This document shows positions 26,028-34,234 of a DNA stretch of 34,234 nt, one piece after another. Within the stretch, counting starts at the first letter, position 1; each line of letters opens with the position of its first letter. The notes below the pieces were generated by a model, which made no database searches, was not told the DNA's origin, and saw only the letters and a program-made list of their open reading frames with translations. The DNA is from a virus. Lineage: Duplodnaviria; Caudoviricetes. The stretch covers positions 1-34,234 of IMG/VR virus record IMGVR_UViG_3300020045_004558, one strand, 5' to 3'. A program made the translations under genes and the position numbers.

Positions 26028-26363
26028 TTACCTGCCCCGCTTTGATTTTAATTTATGTTTGCGCTTTGTGTCTTTTGAAACGTGATTCATGTTTTTGTGC
26101 TTCGCCTTTTGCTGACGGCCTGAATAGATGGGCGATGTTGCTATTGAAGGGAATATGAAATCTTCGCCACCTATACCATTTCCACGAATAGGAATAACAG
26201 CACGTTTCTCTTTGTCAGGCCTTGCGGCTTTACCCGGCATTACCGCCTCGTTTGATTTAACAGGTGATTGACTGATGGGCGCAATAGTTTTTGCATTTGA
26301 CGCACCGCCAAATAGCGTGGCAAGTGCGATCATTCCAATTTGAAGTGCTTTGTTTCTTTTCAT
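26028..26363 (-). CDS. Signal-peptide-bearing protein with highly basic C-terminus
   Basis: MKRNKALQIGMIALATLFGGASNA|K; ends KRKHKLKSKRGR. Confidence 0.6.
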   Translation of the reverse strand: MKRNKALQIGMIALATLFGGASNAKTIAPISQSPVKSNEAVMPGKAARPDKEKRAVIPIRGNGIGGEDFIFPSIATSPIYSGRQQKAKHKNMNHVSKDTKRKHKLKSKRGR

Positions 26364-26376
26364 TTGTCGTTTTAAA

Positions 26377-26628
26377 TTATAAAGTTTCGTTTGTCCATTT
26401 GTTTTGCGGGCAGCTAAAGCCCTTTAATCTTGTCTTTGCAAGTGCATGACCGTCAACCACACATCCACACGTTGTTTCGGTATGCGATAACAATTTACCG
26501 CAGGTTTTAACTGCAACTAAAAGCAATGTATCTTCAACCATATCGGGGCAATTTGAGCAGATAAAAATATTTTGCTGTGCTTTTACTTCATCCACAAAAA
26601 AAGCATCTTTCATTTGCTGCAAATTCAT
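26377..26628 (-). CDS. Small Cys-rich (zinc-binding-like) protein
   Basis: ICSNCP...CGC...KTR...CPQNKW pattern. Confidence 0.65.
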   Translation of the reverse strand: MNLQQMKDAFFVDEVKAQQNIFICSNCPDMVEDTLLLVAVKTCGKLLSHTETTCGCVVDGHALAKTRLKGFSCPQNKWTNETL

Positions 26629-26727
26629 TTCACAAAGTTAAAAATAATTTGGTTATGTAAAATATATATTTATATATTTGCAATGAAATTGGTTTTTTGT
26701 TTATCATTTTGGGTTTAGCTTTTCATC

Positions 26728-26763
26728 AGGTCGGCATTGACATAGTGCCGGCCTCTTTTCTTT
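26728..26763. terminator. Hairpin at the 3' end of terL, with a T-rich tail on the plus strand
   Basis: AGGTCGGCAT...GTGCCGGCCT followed by CTTTTCTTT. Confidence 0.65.
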
Positions 26764-27947
26764 TAATAACCCATCACTCTTACAGGTGTTCGCTTAACAA
26801 CATCAATTAACGATTCGAGCGCATAGCGTGAAGGGTCAATCAAATGATTGAAACTATCAATAGGCTCGTTTAAAGAGTTGCCGTTGCGGTCAACCTTCCA
26901 TTTATAATTTCTCAGTTCTTTAATCAGGTTTAAACTTCGTTTAGTTACGTTGATCGGATAGGTATTTATCAAATCAATTCCGCGCCTTACTGAATCAGCA
27001 CCTTTTGTTGATGGCTTTATGTTGATACCGGCTAATTCGATCTCTCTGATACTTTTTGGCTCCGCACTATCTGCAATTATTTCTTTGCGTCCAATGTTTA
27101 ATGACTTGATGAACTTGATAATATCGTTGTTGGTCATTTGTGTTTGATAAAGTAATTCATCAATCCACAATTTACCATCGTTCAAACGTACATCAACCAA
27201 TGTTGTGGGGTCGTTGGTGAAACCAAAATCCATTCCATATTTCTGCCTGTCTGTTTCGGGCATTGAATCAACCAATGTAATGTTAGGGAAGATCAAGCCC
27301 TCATAAGTTCCGAACTCAACATCAATGTGAATCTTTTTAAAATTAGGATCTCGGCTTGCTTTTAGTTCAATGTCCTTAATTACACTATCGGGCAGCATTT
27401 CATTATCCAGATAATTGCTTTTAATCAAAATAAATTCCTTTGATGGCAACTGCAAAACCTTTTCGCTTATCCAAAAGTCTGCAACAGGATTGAAGTCATA
27501 GAATATACACTCATTGGTTCGTATTTCCATTTCTGAAACTACGTTGTAAGGAATATTGCTGCACTCGTTGAGATATAATATATCCCTTCGCGGGCCGGTT
27601 ACTTTACCAGGCGCATCTGCCGAAAAAAATTGTATGTAATTATTGCCGAAATGATACTTTAAATCAGTCTTATTGATTTGCTTTTCATTGTAAAGGTTGG
27701 AAGCCTTCAGGATAGTTTCAAAATCCTTAATTGCGCCCAGTTTTAAATGTGGCAATGTTTCGCTGCATACATGAATGGACGTTGGCTTTGTTCGCTGCAA
27801 TGCAATGAATAAAAGTAACTGAAGGATTGAATATGTTTTTGAAGATGATGTGCCGCCCTGATTAACTATTCGCCTAACACCTGAATCAAATGCTTTTTTG
27901 TTTTTTTCAAGAAGTGATGTGTAGTAAATATTAACCTCTTTTTGCAT
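26763..27947 (-). CDS. terL: Terminase large subunit (PBSX/SPP1-type)
   Basis: NQGGTSSSKT Walker A, ILYLNEC Walker B, GMDFGFTNDPT, ADSAEPKSI, NHLIDPSRY. Confidence 0.95.
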   Translation of the reverse strand: MQKEVNIYYTSLLEKNKKAFDSGVRRIVNQGGTSSSKTYSILQLLLFIALQRTKPTSIHVCSETLPHLKLGAIKDFETILKASNLYNEKQINKTDLKYHFGNNYIQFFSADAPGKVTGPRRDILYLNECSNIPYNVVSEMEIRTNECIFYDFNPVADFWISEKVLQLPSKEFILIKSNYLDNEMLPDSVIKDIELKASRDPNFKKIHIDVEFGTYEGLIFPNITLVDSMPETDRQKYGMDFGFTNDPTTLVDVRLNDGKLWIDELLYQTQMTNNDIIKFIKSLNIGRKEIIADSAEPKSIREIELAGINIKPSTKGADSVRRGIDLINTYPINVTKRSLNLIKELRNYKWKVDRNGNSLNEPIDSFNHLIDPSRYALESLIDVVKRTPVRVMGY

Positions 27948-28407
27948 TCGCTTTTATGAAGTTAATTACAGGGGTTGATATTTCAACCTCCTGCTTTGTG
28001 GCAGCGTAATCACCTGCCATTTTATTTAGTTCAGCAATTGCACCCTTACGGTCATTAAATGATGGCTCCTCCTGAATTGAAATAACGCCCTCATTGGTTG
28101 CAATCTCTTTACTGATGGTTAGTTCACCTGTGGCAATCTTCGCTAAAATATCAATTCGCTCCGCAACTGATAATGTCTTTAACGCTCGTTTATTTGCCTC
28201 GTCCGCTACTATCACACCACTTCTTTCATTGATAGCTTTAATTTCATCGTTTATAGCCTCCCTTGCAATTTTAAGACGGTTGTCAATAGTTCGGGGTGTC
28301 TTGATATTGAAAGTAGTTGCAAAGAGTTGAATAATATCTTTTCGCTCCAATCCATTACGGAGGTGCGATTTGATAAACTCAATTTGCTTTAAATGGTCTG
28401 CTTTCAT
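27931..28407 (-). CDS. terS: Terminase small subunit
   Basis: Upstream of terL; ERIDILAKIA...DRKGAIAELNKMAG motif. Confidence 0.75.
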   Translation of the reverse strand: MKADHLKQIEFIKSHLRNGLERKDIIQLFATTFNIKTPRTIDNRLKIAREAINDEIKAINERSGVIVADEANKRALKTLSVAERIDILAKIATGELTISKEIATNEGVISIQEEPSFNDRKGAIAELNKMAGDYAATKQEVEISTPVINFIKANAKRG

Positions 28408-28604
28408 TATAACCCTATCCTTTTAATTAATTTTTTATCCGCCACTTTCATTTTTTCCTTTTCAACTTTCTTAACCATCTTACCCAACTCCTTAATGCAA
28501 TACTGCTGCATTTGCTCATCAGTATGATTAAGGTGCGCCACTATTTCCAATCGGTAGTTCACCTTATCATAACTAACTGTTACTTGGTAGAGGTAGATCA
28601 TCAT
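28407..28604 (-). CDS. Hypothetical protein
   Basis: Coupled to terS. Confidence 0.55.
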   Translation of the reverse strand: MMIYLYQVTVSYDKVNYRLEIVAHLNHTDEQMQQYCIKELGKMVKKVEKEKMKVADKKLIKRIGL

Positions 28605-28661
28605 TCAAATTATAGGTCTGTGATACTATATTCATCAATTATAGTACTGTGGTACTATTTT

Positions 28662-28904
28662 TCAATTTTCAATTTCTATTTCACCGTCATCATTACTCCT
28701 GATTTCCATTACCGCTTCTTCCTGTACGCTTATCAATTTCAAATCCTGCTCGGCTGTTATATTTGGTAGTTTCAATTTCAAAACCTTATTTAATGCTGCC
28801 GGATAATTGGTACTCATCACCTGGTAAAAACATTCTGCATCCTCCGTTTTGTTAACGACCTTAGTAGTAAAATCGGGTTCAAATGTAAAGATGAAATTTG
28901 CCAT
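28662..28904 (-). CDS. Hypothetical protein
   Basis: Operon context. Confidence 0.6.
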   Translation of the reverse strand: MANFIFTFEPDFTTKVVNKTEDAECFYQVMSTNYPAALNKVLKLKLPNITAEQDLKLISVQEEAVMEIRSNDDGEIEIEN

Positions 28905-29086
28905 TATACTTTATCAAACTCCTCCATCATTTTTATTAACCCTGCCAACTGGTACCTCGTTAATCGTATCAGCTTAAAATCAACATCAATTTCAATAATG
29001 TAACCGTTGTAGTCAATTCCTAAATTCTTTTCCGTTCCATCGTCATCAATGTATGCATCAGGAAATATTACTGTTGAACCGTCCAT
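28904..29086 (-). CDS. Hypothetical acidic protein
   Basis: Operon context. Confidence 0.55.
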   Translation of the reverse strand: MDGSTVIFPDAYIDDDGTEKNLGIDYNGYIIEIDVDFKLIRLTRYQLAGLIKMMEEFDKV

Positions 29087-29386
29087 TTACTTTTCATTTT
29101 TAATCATGTGTAACAACACAGCGTAATTTGCCAAATCAATTATTGAATCGTTGATGCTTTCATTATTTGGCTTTTCATTTGAATTCAACAACACTCCCAA
29201 TCTTGCTACCTTAGTTGCAATCAACGACAAGCAATTTTGTTCAGCAGTTAATCCGCAAATAGTGCCGGCCAGTTTGAAATTGCTTAACCGATCCTCATTT
29301 GCATAATCATTCCCTTTTTTGAAAAGAATGTTTTGCATTTCAGAAATGATCTGCTCAAAGTGTATTTGCTGCTCTTGTAGTGTCAT
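29087..29386 (-). CDS. DUF1599-like nucleotide-modification-associated all-alpha protein
   Basis: KKGNDYA...SNF...KVARL...ESINDSIIDLANYAVL motif. Confidence 0.75.
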   Translation of the reverse strand: MTLQEQQIHFEQIISEMQNILFKKGNDYANEDRLSNFKLAGTICGLTAEQNCLSLIATKVARLGVLLNSNEKPNNESINDSIIDLANYAVLLHMIKNEK

Positions 29387-30384
29387 TAATGAATTTGACC
29401 TTTAATTATTTGATAATTCTTAACTGTATAATTTCCGTTTTTCTCAATAAGTATGTGAGCGAATCCATGCTGTGAATTACTTACCATTGGGCTGTAATTT
29501 GGCCTCAACTCACATAAGCATCCGGTTGACCAACACGAAATAATATTTCCGTCTAAATCAATTTCGGGGTGATGGCTTGCCCTGTGAAGGTGTCCGACAA
29601 TTACACTTTGTTTGGCTCGTAAATACGCCCCCCTTGCAGGTGATACAGGAACAAAGATTCCTTTGAAAATGTGATGTCCATGAGTGATTGAAAGTTTGCC
29701 GGCTTTAACCAATACCTTATCGTCAAGTATTTTAATATCCTGCTCTTTTAATTTCAATCGCTCCTCCAAATGGAAATACGGATCATCCCAAATCTCGCTT
29801 ACCTTTTGCTCTAAAAACTTTTCCCACCTGATGCAGTGATTTCCCTTAAGCCAATAAATTTTTGCAGCCGGAAAGTTTTTTCTAAGCGAAATCAAAAATT
29901 GCTTTGTTGCGTCAAACTCCTGCTTTACTGACCGCTTTTTCATGTCGCGTTCAAACCGGCTCACCTGACTGTTATCAATCAGATCACCGTTGATGAAAAT
30001 TGTATCTACTTTTTTCTCTTTTCCATAATCGAGCGCAATAGTTACAGCGTCTATGTCGTGGTATGGGATATGTAAATCCGAAATTAAAAGTATGTTGGTG
30101 CATGATAGTGGAAGCCTGAAAGGTTCTCTTTTGTCGTTATATGATTCCGGCAGGTTATAAGGGTTTCTTGGCCGTTCACCCTCTTTATAAAATTCAGTTC
30201 CTGAAACTTTTTTAATGCTTTGCTTGCCATACTTACCCTCGATGTATCTCAGTACACCCCTTGCATCCTCCACATGCCTAAACAGCAGGTTGTGATCTTT
30301 ATACATGATCCTTGCCAGCTTTACCGTTGGCATTTCCGATCCGTATTTTTTCCTGTACTCCCTTGCAATGTCTGATTTTGTCAT
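29386..30384 (-). CDS. Calcineurin-like metallophosphoesterase (likely start ATG 30384)
   Basis: SDLH, NGDLID, GNH, HGH and GHLH motifs; a TATCTTTG promoter box (30414-30407) lies within the longer annotated N-terminus. Confidence 0.9.
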   Translation of the reverse strand: MTKSDIAREYRKKYGSEMPTVKLARIMYKDHNLLFRHVEDARGVLRYIEGKYGKQSIKKVSGTEFYKEGERPRNPYNLPESYNDKREPFRLPLSCTNILLISDLHIPYHDIDAVTIALDYGKEKKVDTIFINGDLIDNSQVSRFERDMKKRSVKQEFDATKQFLISLRKNFPAAKIYWLKGNHCIRWEKFLEQKVSEIWDDPYFHLEERLKLKEQDIKILDDKVLVKAGKLSITHGHHIFKGIFVPVSPARGAYLRAKQSVIVGHLHRASHHPEIDLDGNIISCWSTGCLCELRPNYSPMVSNSQHGFAHILIEKNGNYTVKNYQIIKGQIH

Positions 30385-30438
30385 AATGGGGGTGAAAAGT
30401 ATTTGACAAAGATATAAATAATTTGGTTTTGTCAAATT

Positions 30439-30795
30439 TTAGACAAATGTCTTTATTTCAAATTGTAGGAACTCGCCCCCCTTTGCAACCTTAATTTTTT
30501 CGACAATCAATCGGTGTACCTGGTTATCATTAAATCCGTATTTCTTTTGCATGATGTCGGTTAGTGGTTTAACAGGATTGTCTAAATCTGAACCTGCGCT
30601 GCTGAAACCAAATTTAAAATACAATTCATAAGGGGCTTCAGGTAATATTATTTTGGGGAGTAACCAACCCAAATCTCGTTCATAGTTTTTATAAGCCGGT
30701 GTTTTAAATCTTTTGCCCTGCCAACAATCATTAACTGATAGTGGTTTTATTTCAATTGTTGCGCCTGAGTTATTGCAATATACTTGTCTAATCAT
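30439..30795 (-). CDS. rusA: RusA-family Holliday junction resolvase
   Basis: PLSVN...SDLDNPVKPLTD...FNDNQV catalytic Asp pattern. Confidence 0.85.
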   Translation of the reverse strand: MIRQVYCNNSGATIEIKPLSVNDCWQGKRFKTPAYKNYERDLGWLLPKIILPEAPYELYFKFGFSSAGSDLDNPVKPLTDIMQKKYGFNDNQVHRLIVEKIKVAKGGEFLQFEIKTFV

Positions 30796-30834
30796 TTATT
30801 TATTTGTGGCTGCTCGCCTCATTTGTTTGGTGAT

Positions 30835-31053
30835 TTATACCTTAGCCTCTTTGTTATTTTCTAATTTTGATACGTTTCGTATGTATTCGATACTTCTATG
30901 TATTTTTGTGCAGCAATCATAACAGATTTCGTTGGATTCAAACTTGCCAGTGCCTTTCCCTCCTGTTGAAAATGTTATATTCATTGCTCCGACAAAGGCA
31001 TTTTTAGAAACTTCGTTTTTGCATACATCACAATAATATTTTTCAGTTATCAT
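30835..31053 (-). CDS. Small zinc-finger-like protein
   Basis: CDVC...CYDC. Confidence 0.65.
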   Translation of the reverse strand: MITEKYYCDVCKNEVSKNAFVGAMNITFSTGGKGTGKFESNEICYDCCTKIHRSIEYIRNVSKLENNKEAKV

Positions 31054-31853
31054 TTTGTTTCTTTTTTAAATTTTGCGTAGAGTTCGGCTGTGGTGAACTC
31101 AGCCACTCCAACATGCTTTGACCATATTCCATCCCTAACCTGAAACCACCCTTTTTTATTACACCACTCCGCAAACTCCATCGCATCGCTTGGGGTGGGC
31201 GGCTGCGATTGGGCGGATTGGTAGCCTGCTTTGAATGCGTTTTCTAATTCAGAACATTCGTAATCGCATGAAGGTATTTTTGCCTGATTAGCATAATCGC
31301 AAGCCATCTGATCCAACTCCACTTCCGTTGGCGGCTGTGTTATCAAACTCTCATGAATATATTTGTGTGTCTTAGCACCAATAGAATTAATAACAGCACC
31401 GTTTTCCGTATGGTACAAATCCCAACTATTTGGAACTAATGGATTGTAAATATTTGCCCATATAACTAATGGTATTTCATCTAAATATTTATTCTCGCTA
31501 ACCGTTGGCGGCTGAAATAACGTTGCATCGCAAAGCATTTTTAAGTCAGGAAATGACGATAAGTATTTTACGAATTTACCTGTGCTTGTTGCATAGGCAA
31601 TTTCATTTGATGTGCTTTCGCCTATATACCCATCCACATCAATCACTAATATTCCATCGCTGTTATCAATTTTTTTATAGTGAACCAAATCAAGCAATGT
31701 TTTTTGTTCTGCCGTTAATGGAATATTGTCTGCATGGCCAAAGAAAGCAACAGAATAAACAATGTTTCCTTCAAGGGTTAATTGTTTGTTGATCGCTTCA
31801 AATTCTCTTTTAAACTTAGTTGACCCGCACAGGGTTATTTTTTTTGATTTCAT
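31050..31853 (-). CDS. Nucleoside-2-deoxyribosyltransferase-like domain fused to modular segments
   Basis: KITLCGSTKF...HYKKIDNSDGILVI..DGYIGESTSNEIAYA N-terminal domain; QPPT-delimited C-terminal modules. Confidence 0.65.
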   Translation of the reverse strand: MKSKKITLCGSTKFKREFEAINKQLTLEGNIVYSVAFFGHADNIPLTAEQKTLLDLVHYKKIDNSDGILVIDVDGYIGESTSNEIAYATSTGKFVKYLSSFPDLKMLCDATLFQPPTVSENKYLDEIPLVIWANIYNPLVPNSWDLYHTENGAVINSIGAKTHKYIHESLITQPPTEVELDQMACDYANQAKIPSCDYECSELENAFKAGYQSAQSQPPTPSDAMEFAEWCNKKGWFQVRDGIWSKHVGVAEFTTAELYAKFKKETK

Positions 31854-32037
31854 TTTGTTTTATAATTTGTTTACAGTAATTGTATTTGTCATTTTTTGTA
31901 AGAAAACACTCTGCACTCCCTACAATATCATACCATGCTCCTTCTAAACTTATAAATAGTAGTTGTATGTCTTCTTCTGTTGGCGGTTCAGCCACGCTCA
32001 CCGCCTTGTAATATTTTTGTTCGCTCATTTTAAACAT
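31816..32037 (-). CDS. Hypothetical protein (possible start at MSEQK, 32028)
   Basis: Operon context. Confidence 0.5.
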   Translation of the reverse strand: MFKMSEQKYYKAVSVAEPPTEEDIQLLFISLEGAWYDIVGSAECFLTKNDKYNYCKQIIKQNEIKKNNPVRVN

Positions 32038-32230
32038 ATTTTAAATTAAACCAGTTTCCTTTATAATTCTGCTTTGAATCAATTTCATGTTGCGTGGCAC
32101 TTCTCCATTTTTTGTTTACGATTGGGCGAGTTGATGTATGATAGTCCATTCTGCCTTTGGGGATTTCTATACCTTCTATTTCGTATGACTGTGTGCAAAT
32201 AACCCATCTACCTGTTTTTTGTTCGCTCAT
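32030..32230 (-). CDS. Hypothetical protein
   Basis: Operon context. Confidence 0.55.
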   Translation of the reverse strand: MSEQKTGRWVICTQSYEIEGIEIPKGRMDYHTSTRPIVNKKWRSATQHEIDSKQNYKGNWFNLKYV

Positions 32231-32430
32231 AGTTTTTCAATTTCTTTTTTAACTTCTTTGTAATAATTAATTTTAAGTTGCAATGACCCAACTGCTGCGT
32301 TGGCTTCTTCTAATACTGAAATGATCTTATCAACGCAGATAATAGCTGCATCTTTTGCATTCCAAGTGTGTATTCTAAGTTCTTTAGAATATTTATTTAA
32401 TAAATCAATTGCTTCTTTTTCTGGTGTCAT
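32227..32430 (-). CDS. Hypothetical protein (MTPEKEA...AKDAAIICVDKI...EVKKEIEKL type)
   Basis: Sequence pattern resembling small early proteins of Bacteroidota phages. Confidence 0.65.
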   Translation of the reverse strand: MTPEKEAIDLLNKYSKELRIHTWNAKDAAIICVDKIISVLEEANAAVGSLQLKINYYKEVKKEIEKL

Positions 32431-32554
32431 TTTGTTTCGTTTTAAATATTGTTTAAAATATAAATCGCCAGTGCTATTATCAGCAGCAGCTTTATTGTAT
32501 CACCCCAATTCCATTGAGGGGTGTTGTATTGCTTTGGCATGTATGGTCTGAACA

Positions 32555-33310
32555 TTATTTGAGGGTGTTTATTACTGCAATTCGCCTGCACTCAGTTACC
32601 AGGTTATTGGCTAATAGTTGTTTGTTTATTTCTTTGAGTTGATCTGAATCGGTTGCTGTTGATTTCAATAACTCAACATCATTTTTCACCTTTGCAAACA
32701 ATAAGTTCTTTTCGGCAATGGTCATTTGAATGATGCTTGCCTCTTCCATAAAAACAAAAACTTTATTCCAATCCCAAAAACGAGGCGGTGTTTTATTTTC
32801 TTCAAAATATTTAATCAATCCGTTGTAAGATTCTTCAGGTGTCATTGATTCCGGCTCCGGCTCCAGTGCCTTTAATTGTTTTTTATAATCCGATTGCGCC
32901 TTGTTTCTCATTGATCTGTAATTATTCAACACCTCACTCATGTATGCCGGAAGGAAAGAGTTGTAATGTTGCGCCCTCGTTTCGTAAACACCGGCTTCGT
33001 TAAATTTAAAAGCCTCTAAAAAATTATCTTTGGTGAATGATTTGAAGTGATCCAACGCATCCCAACAATTTTTTATAGTTATACCATCAGGCATTTCTTT
33101 TATTCCCACTAATCCACAAACAACAAGAATCAGCTGTTTAAGATCATTTCCGTTTTCTATTTTTTCACCCTCATCAGATTTAAGAATTGAAATATCAGTC
33201 CTGCTTAGGTTCAATAAAATCCGGCTGTGACATAAATTTTTCAATTTCTGATTTTGTAAGCCGTCCATAGATGGGCTTCTCTTTTGTAGTTCCGTTGTTT
33301 GATTTTCCAT
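32555..33310 (-). CDS. Replication-associated protein (initiator partner / loader position); start uncertain
   Basis: Directly downstream of and overlapping the initiator gene. Confidence 0.55.
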   Translation of the reverse strand: MENQTTELQKRSPSMDGLQNQKLKNLCHSRILLNLSRTDISILKSDEGEKIENGNDLKQLILVVCGLVGIKEMPDGITIKNCWDALDHFKSFTKDNFLEAFKFNEAGVYETRAQHYNSFLPAYMSEVLNNYRSMRNKAQSDYKKQLKALEPEPESMTPEESYNGLIKYFEENKTPPRFWDWNKVFVFMEEASIIQMTIAEKNLLFAKVKNDVELLKSTATDSDQLKEINKQLLANNLVTECRRIAVINTLK

Positions 33311-34010
33311 TGCTTAAATTTTTTGTTGATTCGTTTCTCTTTCTGAACCAGTTGTTAAAATGGCTTTTTGCGTCTTTTAGTGTTTTTGTGTTTGCGCCCC
33401 CTGCAACCATATTTGCAAGATATGCCGGTATAGCGTTTTTAACTTCATCAATTGTAATTTTTAAATTCATTGCCGTTGCCTCAATCCAACCTTCATCAGA
33501 AAAAAGTTTTTCGTTTAAACTTTTAACATCAAGTAAATTGCAATCTCCAAATTGAGGCTTCGGAGTTGTTGAACAACCTTCTTCTTCGTAAATTGGTAAA
33601 TTGGTAATAGGTATATCTATACTATCAGTGCTTTCACTAGTGCTTTGATGTTGCTTTGATACGTGCTTTAACATTGCTTTATCAAGTGCTTTCGTATTTG
33701 CTTTGTAATTTGCTTTGTTATTTTCTTTCAAAGCAATTATATTTGAACTGTACTGATTTTTACTGTATTCTACTACCTCAAAGAATCCAAACGAAACCAA
33801 ATCATCAAATGCAGCCTTGTAAACCGAATAGCTTTTTATATTAATTGCATCCAGCACCATTGCTGTTGGGAACCCAAATTGTTTTTTCCATCCTAATCTA
33901 TTGCAATGCTCAATAGCAAAGAAGTAAATAGAAATGTGAACCGGCTTTATTTTACCTGTATTCTCAAAGCAGTAATCCCAAAAGATTCTTGATAGGTTAT
34001 AAATATTCAT
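33195..34010 (-). CDS. Phage replication initiator (N-terminal winged helix)
   Basis: LSRIFWDYCFEN..KIKP.H..IYFFAIEHCNRLGWK N-terminus, internal iterons, C-terminal DAKSHFNNWFRK. Confidence 0.8.
   Translation of the reverse strand: MNIYNLSRIFWDYCFENTGKIKPVHISIYFFAIEHCNRLGWKKQFGFPTAMVLDAINIKSYSVYKAAFDDLVSFGFFEVVEYSKNQYSSNIIALKENNKANYKANTKALDKAMLKHVSKQHQSTSESTDSIDIPITNLPIYEEEGCSTTPKPQFGDCNLLDVKSLNEKLFSDEGWIEATAMNLKITIDEVKNAIPAYLANMVAGGANTKTLKDAKSHFNNWFRKRNESTKNLSNGKSNNGTTKEKPIYGRLTKSEIEKFMSQPDFIEPKQD
33629..33728. repeat. Iteron array (putative replication origin) inside the initiator gene
   Basis: TGCTTT at 33629, 33641, 33652, 33664, 33675, 33687, 33699, 33711, plus TTCTTT at 33723; 11-12 bp period. 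Confidence 0.75.
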
Positions 34011-34134
34011 AAAAGCAGGGGGCTTTTAAATTAAAAATTCCTGTACGGAAATTGAGCGCGAGGGTGTTAGTAAACCCATTCTCAAAATCAATACAGGAAT
34101 ATTTATAATTTCTTTTCATAACTAACTTTTTTTC

Positions 34135-34234
34135 GCATTGCAATAGATTAGGATGGAAAAAACAATTTGGGTTCCCAACAGCAATGGTGCTGGATGCAAT
34201 TAATATAAAAAGCTATTCGGTTTACAAGGCTGCA
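34135..34234 (+). repeat. Perfect 100-bp inverted copy of 33810-33909 at the window end (likely fold-back artefact)
   Basis: Exact reverse complement by direct comparison. Confidence 0.9.

Noticed and set aside
6616-34010. Stop-codon reassignment
   Set aside because: Genes are full length and tightly packed under the standard code, and no suppressor tRNA is evident.

Overview
This window is most of a temperate, siphovirus-like phage genome. The host is probably Bacteroidota, based on TTTG-N19-21-TAnnTTTG promoters, A-rich leaders and a secreted protein with an Ala|Gln cleavage site. An intact tRNA-derived attP-like site (~4467-4482) lies next to a tyrosine integrase, which suggests the excised or virion form. 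From left to right the window holds an early/immunity region (HTH repressor, Cro-like gene, SSB-like, Bet), then lipoprotein-HTH-attP-integrase, then a small plus-strand accessory operon ending in an unusual 202-nt tRNA-like RNA. The rest is one long minus-strand block. In transcription order it runs: replication initiator with internal iterons, small early genes, RusA, metallophosphoesterase, TerS/TerL, tail genes (with a -1 frameshift chaperone), tape measure, protease/scaffold, capsid, tail tube, portal, adaptor, holins and a 698-aa secreted protein where an endolysin would be expected. The most notable observations are: (1) the tRNA-like RNA, which has a collapsed anticodon arm and a ~126-nt structured insert; (2) ~300-bp diverged inverted repeats bracketing the repressor/Cro switch, which are either an invertible element or a chimera; (3) a DnaA-domain-IV-like protein with a Cys-containing hexapeptide (18-bp) repeat; (4) no recognisable endolysin. 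A perfect 100-bp fold-back at the right edge warns of possible assembly artefacts. All product calls come from motif recognition and gene context, not database searches.
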